From assembly GCA_003552985.1 (NCBI GenBank), contig PUPD01000265.1, positions 541-64,540 of the forward strand: 64,000 nucleotides of DNA. Direction: 5' to 3'. The notes under the pieces were generated by a model. The model had not been told where the DNA came from. It did not search any database and saw only the letters and a program-made list of their open reading frames with translations. Below, in pieces: positions 25,196-35,390 of the stretch (positions are counted from its first letter, which is position 1; every line of letters begins with the position of its first letter). The translations under genes were made by a program, and so were the position numbers. The stretch comes from Spirochaetaceae bacterium (GTDB lineage Bacteria; Spirochaetota; Spirochaetia; DSM-27196; SLAA01).

Positions 25196-25633
25196 GTGGA
25201 GAGCGTATCGACGATTGCGGCCTGGATCGCCGCCGACATCGTTTTGACCATACACGTCCTGTACGTTGCGTTCGTGGTTTTCGGGCTGGTTGCCGTGGTC
25301 TGGGGTGCGGCCCGCGGCCGGGAGTGGGTGCGCAATCCACTGTTCCGGTTGCTGCACCTGGGTGCGATTCTGGTGGTGGCGCTACAGGCGATTCTGGGGA
25401 AGCCCTGCCCGCTCACGATTTGGGAGCGAGATCTGCGCGCCGCCGCCGGGCAGGACCCCACCGAGCTGGATTTCATCCCGCGTTTATTCCAGGCGGTGAT
25501 CTTTTTTGAGTTCCCTCCCGAGTTCTTCCTGGCTCTGTATCTGGGCTTTGCCGCGGTGGTGGCGCTCACCTTGCTGCTGGTGCCTCCGCGCCGACGTCTG
25601 TGGATTCACGAGGACCCCCTGCGGAGTGATTGA
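25196..25633 (+). CDS. DUF2784-family membrane protein
   Basis: LHLGAILVVALQAILGKPCPLTIWERDLR is the DUF2784 signature. There is no in-frame ATG close by, so the start is assumed to be GTG 25196. Confidence 0.6.
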   Translation: MESVSTIAAWIAADIVLTIHVLYVAFVVFGLVAVVWGAARGREWVRNPLFRLLHLGAILVVALQAILGKPCPLTIWERDLRAAAGQDPTELDFIPRLFQAVIFFEFPPEFFLALYLGFAAVVALTLLLVPPRRRLWIHEDPLRSD

Positions 25634-25701
25634 CCGAGTGCCGCAGTCATGAATATGCTTAGGTGACGTCAGCGCAAGCGGTCTGCAAGGAGGGTATTGA
25701 T

Positions 25702-26919
25702 ATGGGTGGTGCGGGATTTGATGCGGGAACAGGGCGCCGCAGGGCGCGCACGATAGCCTCGGCGGTGACGGCCGCGGCGTTCGTTGTTCTGGCGGCCTGT
25801 CCGGTGTTTGCCGGCTCCGGGGCCGGTAGCGGTTCGCCGGCTGTGGGCGAGCGTGAGCTCGAGGCGCGCATCGCAAGCGAGGAGGCCGAGTTTCGCCTGG
25901 TGGAGGTCGTCTCCGGGCTGTCCCGTCCATGGGGTCTCGCGTTTCTCCCCGACGGGCGCGCGCTGGTGACCGAGCGCGCCGGGGGCCTCTACCTGATCGA
26001 TTTAGCTGCCGGGGATGCGTCGAGCGTAAGCGGGCTGCCGCCGATTGCCGCCGGCGGACAGGGCGGACTGCTTGACGTTGCAGTGGACCCCTCATACGAC
26101 GACAACAGCTGGGTATACTTCACCTACTCGCAGGCGTACGACGGTGGGACCGGTACTACACTCTCGCGGGCGCGGCTGCGGGATAGCGCGCTCACCGATC
26201 TCGAGGAGCTGTTCCGGATGCAGCCCCCGGGGAGCGGCGGCCGCCACTTCGGCTCGCGAATCGCGTTTCTGCCCGACGACACGATCGTGATCTCGATCGG
26301 CGACCGAGGACGGCAGGACCGAGCCCAGGATTTTCAGGATCATGCCGGCAGCCTGGTGCGCCTCGAGCGTGACGGCAGTATTCCCACCGACAACCCGTTT
26401 CTCGACGACCCCGACGTACTTGACGAGCTCTATGCTCTCGGGAGCCGGAATGCTCAAGGGCTTGTCCTGCATCCGGAGACCGGTGTGCTCTGGCAACACG
26501 AGCACGGGCCGCGAGGTGGAGACGAGCTCAACATCATCGAAGCCGGCAACAACTACGGCTGGCCGGAGATGTCGCAGGGCGTGGATTACCGCACCGGGCA
26601 GCCGATCGGTCAGGGTACCGAGGCGCCCGGAATGACGCAGCCGATCGAGCACTGGACGCCGGCAATTGCCCCGTCGGGAATGGCGTTCTACTTCGGCGAC
26701 GCCTTCCCCGGCTGGCGGGGCAACCTGTTCATTGGCTCGCTCGTCGACCGGCACCTCTTGCGACTGGTCATCGAGGACGACCGGGTTACCCATCAGGAGC
26801 GGCTGCTCGACCGAACGGTTGGGAGGGTGCGCGACGTGCGTCTCGGCCCGGACGGGTATCTGTATCTCCTAGCCGATGAAGCCGATTCGGGAGTTTACCG
26901 GCTTGAGCCGGTGCAGTAG
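25702..26919 (+). CDS. PQQ-dependent soluble aldose sugar dehydrogenase (YliI/Asd-like), probable lipoprotein
   Basis: AAGGAGG lies 8 nt before ATG 25702. Lipobox VVLAAC. LSRPWGLAFLPDGRALVTER, GGQGGLLDVAVDP, HFGSRIAFLPD and GSRNAQGLVLHP...NNYGWP match the beta-propeller sugar dehydrogenase pattern. Confidence 0.85.
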   Translation: MGGAGFDAGTGRRRARTIASAVTAAAFVVLAACPVFAGSGAGSGSPAVGERELEARIASEEAEFRLVEVVSGLSRPWGLAFLPDGRALVTERAGGLYLIDLAAGDASSVSGLPPIAAGGQGGLLDVAVDPSYDDNSWVYFTYSQAYDGGTGTTLSRARLRDSALTDLEELFRMQPPGSGGRHFGSRIAFLPDDTIVISIGDRGRQDRAQDFQDHAGSLVRLERDGSIPTDNPFLDDPDVLDELYALGSRNAQGLVLHPETGVLWQHEHGPRGGDELNIIEAGNNYGWPEMSQGVDYRTGQPIGQGTEAPGMTQPIEHWTPAIAPSGMAFYFGDAFPGWRGNLFIGSLVDRHLLRLVIEDDRVTHQERLLDRTVGRVRDVRLGPDGYLYLLADEADSGVYRLEPVQ

Positions 26920-26960
26920 AGTAGGCGTTGTGGGCGCAAATGACCTGACTGGGGGCTCCT

Positions 26961-29696
26961 ATGGAAACCAAGCAAAAACGGCGACGCGAGCAGATGCTCC
27001 TGATTGTGCCGCTCGCCGTGGTGTTGATTCTGGCGCTGATGCGGCTGATTCCGGCCTACCGGAACGCCGAGCTCGGCGCGTACGATATCATGCTAAACCT
27101 GCGATCCGAGGTACCGGAGCGCGAGGAGATTCTGCTCCTCAACATCGATGACCTGGCGATCGCGCAGGTCGGGATGTGGCCGTGGAGCCGCCATATTATG
27201 GCCGACGGACTCCTGTTGCTGTCGGAGCTCGGAAGCGGCCAGGTGGTGCTCGATATCGAGTATGTGGACCGCAGCCCGATGGGCGTAGACTCCGAGATGC
27301 TCGAATACGAGATCCCGTCGCAGTTTCGTACGGAGTTCGGTGAGCTTTCGGGGCAGATTCGTGCTTTTTTCGAGGCGCTGTCGGCCGGGCAGATTCCGCT
27401 CGAAGAAGCCGCCGACTTTATTGAGGACCTTGACGGGCTGACTGCGCAGAAGCGCGACCGCCTGTTGAACCTGGTGGGCGAGATCGCGCGCGACAACGAC
27501 GAGTATCTCGGCCGCGCGGCGGCGGCAGCCGGTAACGTCTACGCGACGATCAACATGCTGCCGGATGAGATAGGGTTGCTCGCGGTCGGAGACGAACTGC
27601 GCGAATACACCCGCAACAATATCCCGATCACCGCACTTTCGAATCCCGAGCAACGCTACCGCAACCTGCGCCGGGCCGGCGACATCCAGCCTACCATTCA
27701 CCCGGTGCTGAGCGGCATGCAGGGGGCCGGGTTTCCCAATGTCGTGGTTGACCCCGACGGGGTGCGCCGCAGACTGGACCTCGTAATCGAGTACGAAGGC
27801 CGCTACTACCCTCAGCTCGCGTTCCGTCCCACCTACGACCGGCTCGGCCGCCCGGAGATCGAGATGCGGAACGACGAGCTCATCTTGCGTGACCCCGAGC
27901 TTGACGGCGAGTCGATCGGCGATATCCGGATCCCGATAGGTCCCGACGGGCGGGTGCTGATCAACTGGCCGCATAAGGGGTTCAACGACAAGTTCCGGCA
28001 TTTTTCGTTCAACAACCTGGTCCTGCACGAGCGCTATGAGAGCAACCTGTTGACGAACATCGAGATGATCGAAGGGGCAGGGTATCTCAACTACCACGAC
28101 GGTGAGTATCCCATCATGCAGCTCGTGCGTGGAGCGGAACAGCTGCGCGAGCGGCTGCTGGAGTCCCCCGACGAGACCATCCGCTCCGAGTATGTACAGG
28201 TGCGCGAAACGCTGTTCGACGAGATCGGGGTGTTTCTCGACGGGAACGCCGAGGAGCGCCTGCGCGAGGATATCTCCGCCGCGCTGGAGTCCGGACAACT
28301 GAGCGAAGCCCAGGCAGTCGAATACGAAGAGATTCTTGCCGAGCTTCCCGAAGTCTTTAGCGTGCTTGAGCGCGACCACTCGCGCCTCGTGGAGGTCCGC
28401 GAGCGTACTCGCGAGGCGGTGCAGGACGCGATGATCTTCATCGGCCATACCGGTATTTCCACCACGGATATCGGCGTTAATCCGTTCGAAGAGCAGTACA
28501 TGAACGTCGGTACCCATGCCTCGTTCGCGAACACCATTCTACAGCGCGGATTTCTGCGCGAGCTGCCCTGGTGGACCGGGCTGCTCCTTGGGCTTGCGGC
28601 GGCGCTGATCGTGACCCTATCCTCGCGCCCGCTTTCGCCGCGCGGCTCGATTGCGGTCGGCTTCGGTGGGCTCATAGTGACTGCCGGCATCGTCATCGGG
28701 GCTTTCGTACTGCAGGACATCTACGTTCCGCTGGTAACGCCGAGCTTTGCGGTGTTCTTTACGTTCCTGATCGTTTCCTTGATCAAGTTCGTGCGCACCG
28801 AGTCGGAGAAGAGTTTTTTGCGCAACGCGTTTTCGCGGTATCTCTCGGCCGATGTCATCAGCCAGCTGATCGAAGACCCCGAGCGTCTTACGCTCGGCGG
28901 GGAGAAGAAAGAGCTTTCGGCGATCTTCACCGACGTGAAGGGCTTCTCGACGATCTCGGAAACGATGGACCCGAGCGATCTGGTTCGGCTTTTGAACCGC
29001 TACCTCAGCGAGATGAGCGATATCATCCTCGACCTGCGCGGAACGATCGACAAGTACGAAGGCGACGCGATCATCGCCTTTTTTGGGGCGCCGCTTGATT
29101 TCGCCGATCACGCCGAGAGCGCCTGCTTAGCGACAGTGCGGATGAAGAAGGCAGAGGTACGTCTGAACCGGGATTTCGTCGAGCAGGGGCTCTCACCGAC
29201 TCCGCTGTACACGCGCATCGGCATCAACACCGGTGAGATGGTCGTGGGAAATATGGGAACTCCTAAGAAGATGGACTACACCATCATGGGCAACGCCGTG
29301 AACCTTGCGGCGCGCCTCGAGGGCGTGAACAAGCAGTACGGGACTTGGTCGCTCATCAGCGAAGCGACCCACGACGCGGCCGGAAACAGCTTTCTCACCC
29401 GTAAGCTCGATCGTGTGCGCGTGGTGGGCATCAACCAACCGGTGCGTCTGTATGAGCTGATCGATGAGCTCGCGGAGGTCGAGGATCGTCGGCGGGAGCT
29501 CGTGGAGGTCTTCCACAGCGGGCTCGAGCGCTTCGAACAGCGCGACTGGCCGGGTTGTCGGCGGTACATGGATCAGGTGCTCAAGATCGATCCGGAAGAC
29601 GGTCCGGCGAAGGTCTTTCTTGAGCGCGTGAAGAAGTACGAAAGCTCGCCCCCGGCCGAGACCTGGGACGGGGTGTTCAGCCTGACGGCGAAATAA
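26961..29696 (+). CDS. CHASE2-sensor class III adenylate/guanylate cyclase
   Basis: N-terminal TM plus CHASE2 (NIDDLAIAQVGMWPWSR). A TM bundle follows, then the cyclase domain (ELSAIFTDVKGFSTISE...KYEGDAIIAFFGAP...GINTGEMVVGNMG) and a short TPR-like tail. Confidence 0.9.
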   Translation: METKQKRRREQMLLIVPLAVVLILALMRLIPAYRNAELGAYDIMLNLRSEVPEREEILLLNIDDLAIAQVGMWPWSRHIMADGLLLLSELGSGQVVLDIEYVDRSPMGVDSEMLEYEIPSQFRTEFGELSGQIRAFFEALSAGQIPLEEAADFIEDLDGLTAQKRDRLLNLVGEIARDNDEYLGRAAAAAGNVYATINMLPDEIGLLAVGDELREYTRNNIPITALSNPEQRYRNLRRAGDIQPTIHPVLSGMQGAGFPNVVVDPDGVRRRLDLVIEYEGRYYPQLAFRPTYDRLGRPEIEMRNDELILRDPELDGESIGDIRIPIGPDGRVLINWPHKGFNDKFRHFSFNNLVLHERYESNLLTNIEMIEGAGYLNYHDGEYPIMQLVRGAEQLRERLLESPDETIRSEYVQVRETLFDEIGVFLDGNAEERLREDISAALESGQLSEAQAVEYEEILAELPEVFSVLERDHSRLVEVRERTREAVQDAMIFIGHTGISTTDIGVNPFEEQYMNVGTHASFANTILQRGFLRELPWWTGLLLGLAAALIVTLSSRPLSPRGSIAVGFGGLIVTAGIVIGAFVLQDIYVPLVTPSFAVFFTFLIVSLIKFVRTESEKSFLRNAFSRYLSADVISQLIEDPERLTLGGEKKELSAIFTDVKGFSTISETMDPSDLVRLLNRYLSEMSDIILDLRGTIDKYEGDAIIAFFGAPLDFADHAESACLATVRMKKAEVRLNRDFVEQGLSPTPLYTRIGINTGEMVVGNMGTPKKMDYTIMGNAVNLAARLEGVNKQYGTWSLISEATHDAAGNSFLTRKLDRVRVVGINQPVRLYELIDELAEVEDRRRELVEVFHSGLERFEQRDWPGCRRYMDQVLKIDPEDGPAKVFLERVKKYESSPPAETWDGVFSLTAK

Positions 29697-29713
29697 GGTA
29701 GCCTGAAGCCGCA

Positions 29714-30253
29714 ATGCCACTGTACTGCTCGTTTGTCGGCTGGTCGGGCTCGGGAAAGACCACGCTGCTATGCACGGTTATCAGGCGACTGACTACCGAT
29801 GGCTTTAAGGTTGCGGCGATCAAGGCGACGCATCACGACGTGCGTCTTGATACGCCGGGCAAGGATTCACACTGCTTTGCCGAGTCCGGAGCCCAGCCGG
29901 TGGCGCTTGCGGCCGGCACCGAGACAACAGTCTTTCTGCCGAGTGACGAGCGGGCCGAGAGGCGGCTGAGACGCTTGCTCGAGGACGCAGAGATCGTAAT
30001 CGGTGAGAGCCGCATCTTCTCGGAAGGTCTGCGCTTTGAGGTGGCTACCGGGGTCGGACGTCTCGACGAGCTGAAACGGCCGCACCAGGAGCTTGATGCG
30101 CTCGTGACCGACGACCCCGATCTCGCCCGGGCCGCGCGCGAGGCCGGCCTGCCCGTATTCGGCCGCGGTGAGAGCGCTGAGGTCGCCGTGTTCATCCGTG
30201 AGCGTTATGAGGCGTTCACTCGCTCGGCCGGTGGTAGCGGATTCGGGGGGTGA
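29714..30253 (+). CDS. mobB: MobB-like P-loop protein (molybdopterin-guanine dinucleotide biosynthesis adapter family)
   Basis: FVGWSGSGKTTLL (Walker A), followed by KVAAIKATHHD and PGKDS. Confidence 0.8.
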   Translation: MPLYCSFVGWSGSGKTTLLCTVIRRLTTDGFKVAAIKATHHDVRLDTPGKDSHCFAESGAQPVALAAGTETTVFLPSDERAERRLRRLLEDAEIVIGESRIFSEGLRFEVATGVGRLDELKRPHQELDALVTDDPDLARAAREAGLPVFGRGESAEVAVFIRERYEAFTRSAGGSGFGG

Positions 30254-31415
30254 ACTGCAGCCGGCGTGCCTCACGGTCGGCGTGCAGGATCGTGACGTAC
30301 GACTCGGTTTGGGCCGGGATGCGCATCTCGAGCGGAAGGGCACGGGTTGCTTCGAAGCCCTGTTTCTGAATCGAGATCTCGACCTCCACGTCACGGTCGT
30401 ATCCGTTGGCGATGAACAGCACGTAGGTATGATCCACCTGCTCGGTTCTGATCTCTATTGAGTTCGTCCGCGAGACCTCGGCGGCGTAGTCGGTGAAGTC
30501 TTCGTTCGTCAGATCTTCTCCGAACACCACCTCGAACTCCTCCCCGTTGGGGTGGGCGGCGTAGTAGAATCTGTGCTCCTCGATCGACATTGCTTCGCCG
30601 GTGTGATCGCGAACCCTGGTCGGAATCGACTGCATGGTGCCGTCTTTCTGCGGTACGCGTACATCGAAGTGGAGGTGCGGCCCGGACGACCGGCCGGTGT
30701 TGCCGCTGTAACCGATATGCTGGCCGGCCTCCACCCGATCGCCGGGCTCCACGACGGCCCCGTTGTGGTCGAGGTGCACGTAGTTCCCATAACTGCCGTC
30801 GTCGTGCTGCACGAGGATATAGTTGGCGTGGCCTTCGTAGCGTGGACTCGGGCCGCCGACGGTGGAGTCCTGTTTAACCTCAACCACCGTGCCGTCGCGC
30901 GCGGCGTGTACCGGAGTGCCGGTTTCCATGTCGAAATCAAGCGCGTACTTGTTCTCTCCGTAATGCGTGAACTCGCCGTGGTAGCCCTGGGTGACGCGAT
31001 GCTTGCGCCCATGCTCGAACGGCAGCAGATAGACGTAGTCATCGTCGTGCTCAACTTTGCGCGGGTCACCGCGCGCATAGCTGTACGAGATGCTGTAACC
31101 GCGCCGGCCTGAGCGCTCGGTCGGTTCGAGCGTGAACAGGAGCTTGCCCTCGACTCCCGGCTCGATCAGCGCCCGATACGGCAGCTCGGTATCGGCCTTC
31201 AGATTGACGAGGTTCTCGAACTTCAGGTTCAACCACACCGGTATGGTATGGGCGCTGTCGACGTAGAACTCGAACGCTCCGTCGGCGTTCTCTTCGCTGT
31301 ATACCTCAACCAGATCGAGGCCTGCCGCCGGCGCCACGGCAAGGAGCGCCAAGACCACAACGAACACGCCCGCCGCCGGGCGACCGAACCGCACACACTG
31401 ACATCGATTACTCAC
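30216..31415 (-). CDS. secreted M23 (LytM-type) metallopeptidase
   Basis: Signal peptide. The C-terminal half has HGEFTHYG..ALDF, HAARDGTV, GHANYILVQHDDGSYGNYVHL and GYSGNTGRSSGPHLHFDV. Its 3' end overlaps convergent mobB by 38 nt. Confidence 0.88.
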   Translation of the reverse strand: MSNRCQCVRFGRPAAGVFVVVLALLAVAPAAGLDLVEVYSEENADGAFEFYVDSAHTIPVWLNLKFENLVNLKADTELPYRALIEPGVEGKLLFTLEPTERSGRRGYSISYSYARGDPRKVEHDDDYVYLLPFEHGRKHRVTQGYHGEFTHYGENKYALDFDMETGTPVHAARDGTVVEVKQDSTVGGPSPRYEGHANYILVQHDDGSYGNYVHLDHNGAVVEPGDRVEAGQHIGYSGNTGRSSGPHLHFDVRVPQKDGTMQSIPTRVRDHTGEAMSIEEHRFYYAAHPNGEEFEVVFGEDLTNEDFTDYAAEVSRTNSIEIRTEQVDHTYVLFIANGYDRDVEVEISIQKQGFEATRALPLEMRIPAQTESYVTILHADREARRLQFTPRIRYHRPSE

Positions 31416-31533
31416 CGGCTATCACACTCCTGTTCCTGACAAAAATAACACTGTTCCATGCAGCCTTTCCAGCGCCGTCACTATTCGAGACCAGCGTGTC
31501 GGTGCTACTATAGGCACCGCGCCGCAACGGCGC

Positions 31534-32415
31534 GTGAGACAACACGATAAGCGAGGGACAGCGGTGGCACGAGCAGTCATACCCGAAGCGGAAGAGATCC
31601 TCGACAGACCCTTTTCGGTGCTGGATAAGGGCTTCGTGAGGTTGGTCGATTACATGGGCGGTGACGAGCGCATCGTACAGTCGGCGCGAGTGTCGTACGG
31701 AAAAGGTACCAAGAGCTTTCGTGAGGACCGTGGGCTGATCCGCTACCTGATGCGCAATCGCCACACCTCTCCGTTCGAACAGGTGGTGCTCACTTTTCAC
31801 GCGAAGATGCCGGTCTTCGTTGCGCGGCAATGGGTGCGTCACCGCACCGCGCGCCTGAACGAAATCTCCGGACGTTACAGCGTGATGCAGGATGAGTTCT
31901 ATCTGCCGGACCCGCAACAGGTTTCCTACCAAAGCAGCAGCAACCGCCAGGGTCGTGGGGAGACGCTGCCGGAGTCGGAAGCGCAGCGCATTATAGACTC
32001 CATGCGCCGTCGGCAGCAGGAGGCCTACGCCACCTATGAGGAGCTGCTTGAAGCGGGGGTGGCACGCGAACTCAGCCGTGTCAATCTGCCGCTTTCCATG
32101 TATACTGAATGGTACTGGCAGATAGACCTCAACAACCTGTTCCATTTCCTGGATCTGCGGCTAGATCCGCATGCGCAGTATGAAATCAGTAAGTACGCTG
32201 AGGTAATGTTTGAGGTGGCTAAAGCTGTGTGTCCGCTTGCCTGCGAAGCCTTTGAGGACTTCATGTTGTACGCGGAGACTTTCTCGCGCCAGGAGAGCGC
32301 CGTGCTGCGTATGCTCGTGGCGGAGCTGGGTGCCGACCGGCTCGAGACTGCCGCACGCGAGGCGGGTCTGAGCGAGCGCGAGCGTGAGCGGTTCGGCGCC
32401 AAGTTGACAGAATAA
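31534..32415 (+). CDS. thyX: flavin-dependent thymidylate synthase ThyX
   Basis: The ThyX motif RHRTARLNEISGRYS and HTSPFEQV. An alternative GTG start at 31564 follows GAGGGA. Confidence 0.92.
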   Translation: MRQHDKRGTAVARAVIPEAEEILDRPFSVLDKGFVRLVDYMGGDERIVQSARVSYGKGTKSFREDRGLIRYLMRNRHTSPFEQVVLTFHAKMPVFVARQWVRHRTARLNEISGRYSVMQDEFYLPDPQQVSYQSSSNRQGRGETLPESEAQRIIDSMRRRQQEAYATYEELLEAGVARELSRVNLPLSMYTEWYWQIDLNNLFHFLDLRLDPHAQYEISKYAEVMFEVAKAVCPLACEAFEDFMLYAETFSRQESAVLRMLVAELGADRLETAAREAGLSERERERFGAKLTE

Positions 32416-32463
32416 GCGAGTTACCCCCGAGGCGGTCGGCGGCTGCAAACAACAGGAGGTAAT

Positions 32464-32787
32464 TTGAGCGACGGTACCGAAGCTGCCGCTGATCAGCACC
32501 TGATTTTTACGCTAGGTGAGAAGCAGTATGCGGTCGAGGTGAGCAGGGCCATGGGGGTGCTGGAGTATACTACCATCACCAAGGTTCCCCGCACCCTCGA
32601 GTTCATGCGCGGAGTAATCAATGTGCGCGGGAGCGTGATCCCGGCGGTGGATCTGCGGTTGAAGTTCGAGATGAGCGCAACCGAGAAGACGATCGACACC
32701 TCGATCATCGACAAGGTGTTCAGCGGGAAGGAGATCGCCGCGGTAACGAGCAGATTGGCGACGGAGTCGCAGACAGCCTGCAGGTGA
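32464..32787 (+). CDS. CheW-like domain protein, C-terminally truncated (possible pseudogene)
   Basis: TTG start 4 nt after AGGAGG. LIFTLGEKQYAVEVSRAMGVLEYTTITKVPRTLEFMRGVINVRGSVIPAVDLRLKF is a clear CheW N-terminal half. The ORF stops at 107 aa, whereas a CheW domain needs about 140-150 aa. The next gene starts 21 nt later. Confidence 0.6.
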   Translation: MSDGTEAAADQHLIFTLGEKQYAVEVSRAMGVLEYTTITKVPRTLEFMRGVINVRGSVIPAVDLRLKFEMSATEKTIDTSIIDKVFSGKEIAAVTSRLATESQTACR

Positions 32788-32807
32788 AAAAGTAGGAACT
32801 GAATTCT

Positions 32808-35354
32808 ATGCCGTCTTCTGATACCGATCGTAGCGAGTACGAACCGGCCTTTGAGCTCGGTGGACAGCGGATCGAGGTGCGCCTGCATCCGAACGGGGCG
32901 CTGGAGTTCTTCGCAACACGCAGTCGAAACCGAAGTCGCGCCCGTTCGTTCGCGGTTCCGGAACCTGAAGCTTATCTTCCGTTGCGTGTCCGGTCCGGTG
33001 ACGGTACCCATCGCGTTGAGCCGGAGGGCTCAGCGGCTTACCCCGTGGTCGTCTGTGACGCCGAGAGCGCGGCGGTGCGTGTCGAGGATGGTACCGGCAC
33101 GCCGGTGCTCGAGTTTCTGGCGCCGCTGCTGCGGCGTGAGCTGGTACCCCGCGGCGACGGTATGGCGGGCGGCGCGGACGCTGCGGACGCCGAGCGCAGC
33201 CCCGCGGCACGGGCGGTGGGGGGGCACCGTCGCGCCGTGCGGCGCGACGGAGTCACGCTTCGGGTCAGAAGCAGTGAAAACGCATGCTTTTACGGGCTCG
33301 GTGAGCGTGTCGGCGCGCTCGATAAGCGCGGGCGGACTTACCAGATGTGGAACTCCGACGAGCCGTTTCAGCGGGGAATCACCGACCCCTTGTATCAGTC
33401 GATTCCGTTTCTGCTGCATGCACGCGACGGGCGCTGCGACGGCATATTTGTCGACTTCACCGGACGCTCGTGGTTCGACGTTGCCGACAGCGATTCCGCC
33501 GCGGTCTCGATCACGGTCGAGGACGATGCGGTGTCGTTCTTCGTGATCCCCGGGCCCGAGATGGCTGCGGTCGTGAAACGCTACTGCGAGCTGACCGGGA
33601 AGATACCGCTTCCTCCGCTGTGGGCGCTCGGGTACCATCAGTCCCGCTACAGCTACTACCCCGGTCGACGGCTCCTCGAGGTCGCACGCGAGTTTCGCAG
33701 TCGGAGAATACCGTGCGACGCGATCTACCTGGACATCCACTACATGGACGGTTATCGGGTCTTCACCTGGGACCCGACTCGGTTCCCCGACCCCGAGGGC
33801 ACGCTGGAAGCGGTGCGGGAGATGGGGCTGCGCACGGTCACGATCGTCGACCCGGGTGTGAAGGTCGACAGCGAATACGAGACATTCACCGAAGGCATGC
33901 GGCAGGACGTGTTCGCGCGCCGCGCCGACGGCTCAGTCTATCGCGGCGCGGTCTGGCCCGGCGAGGCCGCGTTCCCGGACTTCACGCGCTACGACGTGCG
34001 CCGGTTTTGGGCCGACCGGCACGCGGCTCTGTTGGGGCGTGGAGTTGACGGTATCTGGAACGATATGAACGAGCCGGCCGACTTCACCGGTGATTTCTTC
34101 GACCGCACCCGCTTCACGCCGCCGTCGGATGTGGTTCTCGACGGGGACGGAGCCCCGCGGTCGATCGACCATTATCACAACGTCTACGGGAACCTGATGT
34201 GCCGGGCCACCGCCGATGCATTTGCGCGCTTCAAGCCCGGGCAGCGCCCGTTCATCCTGACGCGGGCGGGCTATGCCGGCGTTCAGCGCGTTGCGGCGGT
34301 CTGGACGGGGGACAATGACAGCAGTTGGGACCATCTGGCGGTTTCAATCCCGATGCTTCTGAACATGGGGCTCTCAGGCATAGCGTTGGTGGGTGCCGAT
34401 GTGGGCGGCTTCCAGGGCAACGCCGAGCCTGAGCTGGTTGCGCGCTGGATGCAGGCCGCCTGCCTTACGCCGTTCATGCGCGGACACACCGCGGTTGGTA
34501 CCAAGGATCACGAGCCGTGGGCCTTCGGTTCGACCGTGGAGCGTGTTGCGCGCGAAGCAATTCGGCTGCGCTATAGTTTGCTGCCGTATCTCTACGCCGC
34601 AGTAGTGCACTCGCACCGCACCGGCGTGCCGATGATGCGTCCGCTGATCCTGGAGTACGGACAGGATGCGCGCTGCCGCCGTCTCTGGGACCAGTTCCTC
34701 TGCGGTGACGCGTTGCTCGTGGCGCCGGTGCTGCAGCCGGCCCAGGAGCGGCGGCTGGTCTACCTTCCCCCGGGCGCCTGGTACCGCCTGGGCGAGGATC
34801 AACGGCACGCGGGCCCGGCCGATACCATCGTCGAGACTCCCCTCGAATGCCTGCCGGTCTTCGTGCGTGCAGGGGCGGTCGTCGCTCGGCGCAAGGCGCC
34901 GCAGGCCACCGCCGAGCCGATCGGGGAGGTTCTCGATCTGGAGCTCTACGCCGGCCTGCCCGGGACCGGTTCGCGGACCGCAGTCTTTGATGACGACGGG
35001 CTTACCTGTGCGCACTATGACGGCGTCTACCGCGAAACCGTCATCGAGGCAAGAAGCGAAAAGCGGGCGCTGGTGCTGCGGATCACGCCGGTGTGTACCG
35101 GGTTCGAGCCCGAGTACCGCTCATACCGCTTGCTACTGTACGGGATCCCGGCCGAGGCGCGCGCGGAGTTACGGGCCGAGCTTCGTTCCGGTTCCGCATC
35201 CGACTCCGATGACGAAACCGGCGGGGATGAGACCGGCGGGGTTGGGGGCGACCACGCCGCTGCCCGCGCGCTCGAGGTCCGCGGCCGTGCAGAGCGCCCC
35301 CACGTGTTTATGCCGGTAGCGTACGGAGTGCAGGAGCTGCGGTTGTCGTGGTGA
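32808..35354 (+). CDS. GH31 family alpha-glucosidase
   Basis: Catalytic-region motifs GIWNDMNEPA, WTGDN.S.W, GADVGGF and the PFMRGH context. 848 aa with an N-terminal beta-sandwich region. Confidence 0.9.
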   Translation: MPSSDTDRSEYEPAFELGGQRIEVRLHPNGALEFFATRSRNRSRARSFAVPEPEAYLPLRVRSGDGTHRVEPEGSAAYPVVVCDAESAAVRVEDGTGTPVLEFLAPLLRRELVPRGDGMAGGADAADAERSPAARAVGGHRRAVRRDGVTLRVRSSENACFYGLGERVGALDKRGRTYQMWNSDEPFQRGITDPLYQSIPFLLHARDGRCDGIFVDFTGRSWFDVADSDSAAVSITVEDDAVSFFVIPGPEMAAVVKRYCELTGKIPLPPLWALGYHQSRYSYYPGRRLLEVAREFRSRRIPCDAIYLDIHYMDGYRVFTWDPTRFPDPEGTLEAVREMGLRTVTIVDPGVKVDSEYETFTEGMRQDVFARRADGSVYRGAVWPGEAAFPDFTRYDVRRFWADRHAALLGRGVDGIWNDMNEPADFTGDFFDRTRFTPPSDVVLDGDGAPRSIDHYHNVYGNLMCRATADAFARFKPGQRPFILTRAGYAGVQRVAAVWTGDNDSSWDHLAVSIPMLLNMGLSGIALVGADVGGFQGNAEPELVARWMQAACLTPFMRGHTAVGTKDHEPWAFGSTVERVAREAIRLRYSLLPYLYAAVVHSHRTGVPMMRPLILEYGQDARCRRLWDQFLCGDALLVAPVLQPAQERRLVYLPPGAWYRLGEDQRHAGPADTIVETPLECLPVFVRAGAVVARRKAPQATAEPIGEVLDLELYAGLPGTGSRTAVFDDDGLTCAHYDGVYRETVIEARSEKRALVLRITPVCTGFEPEYRSYRLLLYGIPAEARAELRAELRSGSASDSDDETGGDETGGVGGDHAAARALEVRGRAERPHVFMPVAYGVQELRLSW

Positions 35355-35390
35355 TCGGGGGCGTCTTCGTTCCCGTACCTGCTTGAGTAC

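Noticed and set aside
27093-28517. 474-aa ORF antisense to the CHASE2 cyclase, and similar antisense ORFs at 39968-41305 (pepD), 44869-46302 (GGDEF), 58203-59144 (hemA), 60787-61668 and 62337-63302
   Set aside because: All are fully nested opposite genes with strong family signatures. They have no motifs or RBSs of their own.
32777-32806. CCTGCAGG (SbfI/PstI) and GAATTC (EcoRI) sites 17 nt apart at the cheW'/GH31 junction, considered as a sign of an engineered junction
   Set aside because: No vector-like sequence, scar or marker is nearby. Two restriction sites can occur by chance, and the surrounding sequence is ordinary coding DNA.
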